Source: Thermoanaerobaculia bacterium
Lineage (GTDB): Bacteria > Acidobacteriota > Thermoanaerobaculia > Multivoradales > Multivoraceae
DNA: 64,000 nucleotides
Assembly: GCA_963666565.1 (NCBI GenBank)
Contig: OY762911.1
Span: 3,808,001-3,872,000, forward strand
Direction of reading: 5' to 3'
Shown here piece by piece: positions 59,853-64,000 of the stretch (position 1 is its first letter; each line of letters starts with the position of its first letter). Made by a program: the position numbers and the translations under genes. The notes beneath the pieces are model-generated. The model was given only the letters and a program-made list of their open reading frames with translations. It searched no databases and had not been told where the DNA came from.

Positions 59853-61199
59853 AGCCCCGAACACGACCTTCTGCTCGTAGGAGGCCACGCCCGCGATGTT
59901 CAGCCCGTTCTGGATGACGGCGATGATCATCGCGCCGATCAGCGTCCCCGCGATGCGGCCGCGGCCGCCCGCCAGGCTCGCGCCGCCGACGACCACGGCG
60001 GCGATCACCTGCAGCTCGTAGAGCTCGCCGGCGTTCGGCCGTCCGCCCTCGAAGCGCGAGGCGTCAACCATCCCGGCCAGGCCCGCGAACGCTCCGCACA
60101 GGCAGTAGACGGCGAGGAGCACGGCGGTCACCGGCACGCCCGACAGGCGCGCCGCCTCGACGTTGCCGCCGACAGCGTAGACGTAGCGTCCGAACATCGT
60201 CCGCGTCATCAGCAGGTGAGCGGCGACGAACAGGACAAGCATGAGCACGATGGGGTTCGGCACGCCGAGCACGGCGCCGTTGCCGAGCCAGGCGAAGGCC
60301 GCCGCGTCGACCCGCACCGCCTCCGGCGTCCCCTCGGCGCCGCCGCCCGACAGGCGCCGCTGATGACCGACGGCGAGAATCAGGGCCAGGCCGCGCGCCA
60401 GCATCATCAGGCCCAGGGTGGCGACGAACGGCGGCACCCGGAACGCGGTGACCATCGTGCCGCTCAGGAGACCCCCCAGGGCCGCGGCCGCGACGCCCAG
60501 GAGCATCGCCGCCGCCAGGAGCCCGGCCGGCGAGGCCGCGGCGCCTCCGAACCACTCCTGCGCCGCCACCGCCGCGATCACGCCGGCCAGCGCCAGCAGG
60601 CTGCCGACCGAGAGATCGATTCCCGCGGTCAGGATGACCAACGTCATGCCGAGCGCGATGATCGCGATGTCCGCGTTCTGGTTCACCACGTTGAGCAGGT
60701 TGCGGGCGGTCAGGAACGTCGGCCACCGGTAGCTCCGGGGCGCGAACACGCGCACGCCGGCGGTTCGCACCGGCCCCCACTCGGACGCGATCCGATGGGT
60801 GGCGATCGCATCGAGGGAACCGCCGGCTCCGGCGATCCGCTCCAGTTCGAGCCGCACGTCGCGCGGCTGGCCCAACGCGCGGCCGGCGATCCGGACTCCG
60901 GCGGCGTCGAGGCCCCGCTCGATCGCCTGCGCGAACACCCGGTCGGCCTCCGTGTCCCGCGCCACGACGAGCACGGAGCATGGCGCCGGGCACGCCTCCA
61001 GCACCTGCCGCGCGACCGCGCCGCCCGAACGACTCGTGATCGGGTTCTGCTCGCGCCAGGTCGCCGCGCTCGAGATCAGGCAGAGCAGGACCAGCACGAC
61101 GACCGAGAGGTTCCGGCCCAGCAGGTCCAGCAACCGGCGGCGCCACCGGCCGGCGGCGGACTCCCCGGTCCCTTCAGGCAACGGAAGACTCCTCCGCAA
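59769..61199 (-). CDS. Sugar ABC transporter permease (RbsC family) with extra extracytoplasmic domain
   Basis: GMTLVILTAGIDLSVGS, FGRYVYAVGGN.EAARLSG, ELQVIAAVVVGG.SL.GG.G. Confidence 0.92.
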   Translation of the reverse strand: MRRSLPLPEGTGESAAGRWRRRLLDLLGRNLSVVVLVLLCLISSAATWREQNPITSRSGGAVARQVLEACPAPCSVLVVARDTEADRVFAQAIERGLDAAGVRIAGRALGQPRDVRLELERIAGAGGSLDAIATHRIASEWGPVRTAGVRVFAPRSYRWPTFLTARNLLNVVNQNADIAIIALGMTLVILTAGIDLSVGSLLALAGVIAAVAAQEWFGGAAASPAGLLAAAMLLGVAAAALGGLLSGTMVTAFRVPPFVATLGLMMLARGLALILAVGHQRRLSGGGAEGTPEAVRVDAAAFAWLGNGAVLGVPNPIVLMLVLFVAAHLLMTRTMFGRYVYAVGGNVEAARLSGVPVTAVLLAVYCLCGAFAGLAGMVDASRFEGGRPNAGELYELQVIAAVVVGGASLAGGRGRIAGTLIGAMIIAVIQNGLNIAGVASYEQKVVFGALILAAVLLDRLQPKIASRRARMTRSAS

Positions 61200-62772
61200 G
61201 GCCGATGCCGGCGGCGATCCGCAACACCCCGGCGGGGTCGGCGCGCGCCGGATCCGGGATCTCGCCCCGGATGCGCCCCTCGTGCATGACCAGCACCCGG
61301 TCGCTCATGCCGAGAACCTCCTCCAGTTCCGAGCTGATCAGAAGCACGGACTTGCCTTCCGACGCGATCCGGCGGATCCACTCGTAGATCTCGTAGCGGG
61401 CCCCGACGTCGATGCCCCGGGTCGGCTCGTCGCAGAGAACGACCTTGGCGCCGCGCTCCAGCCATCTGGCGATCACGACCTTCTGCTGGTTGCCGCCGGA
61501 GAGCGTCGCCGCCCGCTGGCCGGGCCGGGCAAGCCGTATGTCCAGTTGCTCCCGCCAGCGGCCGAAGGCGAGCCCCTCGCGACGGCGATCGACGAGGCCG
61601 CGCCAGCGCCGGAAGCGGTCCAGGTTGGGAAGCGCGAAGTTGTCCCGCGCGCTCCGGCTCAGCACGAGGCCCTGGCCCCGGCGATCCTCCGGCAGCAGGC
61701 AGATGCCGCTCCGGATCGCCCGCCGCGGCGACCGGAGGTCGAGCCGCTCGCCGTCGAGCCGGACCTCGCCGCCGTCGGGCGCCATGGCGCCGGCGATCAT
61801 CAGCGCCACCTCGGTCCGGCCCGCGCCCACCAGGCCGGCGAGTCCCAGAACCTCGCCGCGACGGATGTCGAAGGAGACGCCCTGGACCCGGCGACCGGCC
61901 GACAGCCCCCGGACTTCGAGCCGCGTCTCGCCGATCACCCGCGGGCGCCGAGGCGGAAACTCCGCGCTCAGACTGCGGCCGACCATGGCCTGGATCAACT
62001 CGTCGCGGTCCAGGGGCAGGCGGCCGTCGCCGCCGCCGGCCGGGCGGCGCCGGTCGATCTCGTCGCGGTCAGGGGCCAGGAGACCATCGCCGCGACTGCC
62101 CTGCCCACGCCGGTCGATGCCGTGTACCAGTTCGCCGTCGCGGAGCACGGCGACCCGGTCGGCGACCGCCTCGATCTCCTCGAGGCGGTGGCTGATGTAG
62201 ATCGCGGCAGCGCCGCGGCGCGCCACTCCCCGCACCTGGCGCAGCAAGGCCCGCGCCTCGCGCGGCGACAGCGCCGCCGTCGGCTCGTCCAGGACCAGCA
62301 GCCGGGGTTCGAGCGCCAGGGCCTTCGCGATCTCGACCGCCTGGCGGGCGCCGAGCGAAAGCTCCGAGCAGCGGGCATCGGGATCGATGTCCATCTCCAG
62401 CAGGCCGAGCAGACGCCGTGCCTCTCGCTCCTCCCAACGCCGGCGCACGAGCCCCCGCCTGGACCAGCCGGCGCCGAGGAAGAGGTTCTCGCGCACGCTC
62501 AGTTGCGGCACCAGGCTCAGTTCCTGGTGGATCACCGCGATTCCCCGTTCGCGCGCGTCGGCCGGCGACGCGAACGCCGCGGCCTCGCCCTCGAACTCCA
62601 TCCGGCCGCCGTCCGGCCGCTCGGCGCCCGAGACGATCCGGATCAGCGTGCTCTTGCCGGCGCCGTTCTCGCCGACCAGGCCCAGCACCTCCCCGGCGCG
62701 CACCGCCAGACTCACCCCGCGAAGGGCGCGAACGCCCGGGTAGCTCTTGCCGATCCGATGGAGTTCGAGCAA
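61174..62772 (-). CDS. Sugar ABC transporter ATP-binding protein (RbsA family, two ABC domains)
   Basis: KSYPGV.AL, GENGAGKST, LDEPTA, GLVGAGRTE, LSGGNQQKV, DEPTRGIDVGA; TTG start assumed. Confidence 0.92.
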   Translation of the reverse strand: MLELHRIGKSYPGVRALRGVSLAVRAGEVLGLVGENGAGKSTLIRIVSGAERPDGGRMEFEGEAAAFASPADARERGIAVIHQELSLVPQLSVRENLFLGAGWSRRGLVRRRWEEREARRLLGLLEMDIDPDARCSELSLGARQAVEIAKALALEPRLLVLDEPTAALSPREARALLRQVRGVARRGAAAIYISHRLEEIEAVADRVAVLRDGELVHGIDRRGQGSRGDGLLAPDRDEIDRRRPAGGGDGRLPLDRDELIQAMVGRSLSAEFPPRRPRVIGETRLEVRGLSAGRRVQGVSFDIRRGEVLGLAGLVGAGRTEVALMIAGAMAPDGGEVRLDGERLDLRSPRRAIRSGICLLPEDRRGQGLVLSRSARDNFALPNLDRFRRWRGLVDRRREGLAFGRWREQLDIRLARPGQRAATLSGGNQQKVVIARWLERGAKVVLCDEPTRGIDVGARYEIYEWIRRIASEGKSVLLISSELEEVLGMSDRVLVMHEGRIRGEIPDPARADPAGVLRIAAGIGLAEESSVA

Positions 62773-62795
62773 GTGACCGCCGGGAGGCCCGCGCC

Positions 62796-63785
62796 TCAGT
62801 CGAGCGTCTCGTCCCGCTCGGCGTCGGCCTGCCGGTAGAGCTCCGTCGGGATCAGGTGGACGCGCTCGAAGTCCTCGCCGTCGAGGTAGCTCACGATGTT
62901 CCGCACCGTCATGACGCCCATCCGATCCGGGTACTGGATCGGATCGGCGTAGATCTTCCCCTCCCGGATCGCCCGGCGGCCCGCGATCTCGCCGTCGAAG
63001 CCGACGATCCTGACCTGGTCCGCGCGCCCCGCCTGCTCGAGCGCTGTGCGCGCGCCCAGGGCCGAGGGATCGTTGATCGCGAACACGCCGGCAAGGTCCG
63101 GGTGGGCCTGGATGCCGTCCGCCATCGCCCGGTAGCCCTCGTCGCGCAGGCCGCCGCCCTCGAGTTCGGCCACGATCTCGATCCGGCCCTCGGTCCGGCC
63201 GCGGTTGTACTCGCCGATCGCGTGGCGGAAGCCGTCCACCCGCAGGACGCAGGAGTTGGCCTGCTTGAAGTGCAGCACCAGCACCTGGCCGCCGGCCTCG
63301 CCGAGCGCCTCGATCATCGCTTCGCCGGCGAGCAGCCCGCCCTGGTAGTTGTCGGTGCCGACGTGACCGGCGATCTCGACGCCCTCGGCGACGGCCTGGA
63401 GGTCGGACGTGAACACCGGCACCCCCGCTTCGTTCGCCCGCCGCACCGCGGGACCGATGGCGATCCGGTCCACCGGGTTGAGCACGATCGCGGCGACGCC
63501 GGAAGCCAGGAAGTTGTCGACCTGCTGCGACTGCCGGTTCACGTCGCGCTCGGCATCGGTGACCACGACGTCGAAGCCGTGGAGCTCGGCCTCGGCGGTG
63601 AGACTGTCGGCGACGATCTTGAAGAACGGATTCTTGAGCGTCATCGCCGAGAAGCCGATCGTTCCCCGGGCGACGCTGCCGCTGCCTTCGTCCGGACCCG
63701 CGTCGCCGCCACAGGCGGCGAGCGCGAAGACGAGCGCTGCCGCAGGACTCCAGTTCGCCGTCCGCTTCACGATCCCTTCCCCCAT
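62796..63785 (-). CDS. Sugar ABC substrate-binding lipoprotein (RbsB family)
   Basis: GGAGG RBS; lipobox LAAC; NPFF, GTDNYQGG, FAIND..ALGA, VGFDG, Q.P..MG. Confidence 0.92.
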   Translation of the reverse strand: MGEGIVKRTANWSPAAALVFALAACGGDAGPDEGSGSVARGTIGFSAMTLKNPFFKIVADSLTAEAELHGFDVVVTDAERDVNRQSQQVDNFLASGVAAIVLNPVDRIAIGPAVRRANEAGVPVFTSDLQAVAEGVEIAGHVGTDNYQGGLLAGEAMIEALGEAGGQVLVLHFKQANSCVLRVDGFRHAIGEYNRGRTEGRIEIVAELEGGGLRDEGYRAMADGIQAHPDLAGVFAINDPSALGARTALEQAGRADQVRIVGFDGEIAGRRAIREGKIYADPIQYPDRMGVMTVRNIVSYLDGEDFERVHLIPTELYRQADAERDETLD

Positions 63786-63893
63786 CGCTTCGACCTCCCT
63801 CGACATCCTGGCAACCTGAACCTCGGATTGTGCCACGCAACCCGGAGGGGCGAGGCGGCGCGCCTGTCGGGCGTGCCGGCGACCGCGACGAGC

Positions 63894-64000
63894 ATGAGCA
63901 GGACGGTCCCGCACGCCGGGCCGGATAGAGTCACGCCGATGACCGAGACCGGTACGCCCACGCCGGCACCCGCGGCGCAGCCGCTGCTCCGCATCCGCGA
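63894..64000 (+). CDS. 5' fragment of a gene running off the window, possibly an ABC ATPase
   Basis: MSRTVPHAGPDRVTPMTETGTPTPAPAAQPLLRIR; the PLLRIR resembles ABC ATPase N-termini; divergent from the sugar operon. Confidence 0.4.
   Translation, partial: MSRTVPHAGPDRVTPMTETGTPTPAPAAQPLLRIR

Noticed and set aside
63826-63838. Sigma54 promoter (TGGCAC) for the sugar operon
   Set aside because: No TTGC at the -12 position; it fits an extended -10 TGnCACAAT better.
61174-63840. 888-aa ORF as a binding-protein/ATPase fusion (likewise 21923-24214, 34877-36952 and 36079-38295)
   Set aside because: The extensions are Arg/Gly-rich alternative-frame reads of upstream genes; each real gene has its own start.

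Overview
A high-GC (about 70% by eye), gene-dense bacterial chromosome segment with about 50 CDSs. I found no rRNA, tRNA, CRISPR array, transposase or integrase. GWxTD/VWA proteins, a DUF1592/DUF1552 pair, lpxD and a TonB receptor suggest a diderm, probably Acidobacteriota (inference only). Main modules: (1) a PQQ dehydrogenase with the lanthanide-type DYD motif, followed by a XoxJ-like binding protein and a cytochrome c with an atypical CX3CH motif; (2) an AAA_14/DUF4143 ATPase preceded by phased 23-bp repeats; (3) a vapBC pair; (4) a complete lysWXYZJK amino-group-carrier operon plus a BCCT transporter, preceded by a near-consensus sigma70 promoter, a Lys/Arg-containing leader peptide and mutually exclusive hairpins that look like an undescribed ribosome-mediated attenuator (the top finding); (5) a 1554-aa single-chain acyl-CoA carboxylase with the domain order CTalpha-insert-CTbeta-BC-BCCP; (6) a sugar ABC operon converging on aroE through a 79-bp duplication. 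Two families of REP-like palindromes occur, and some copies appear to lie in frame inside gene 5' ends. Most long ORFs in the supplied track are antisense or frame-shadow artefacts of the high GC content.
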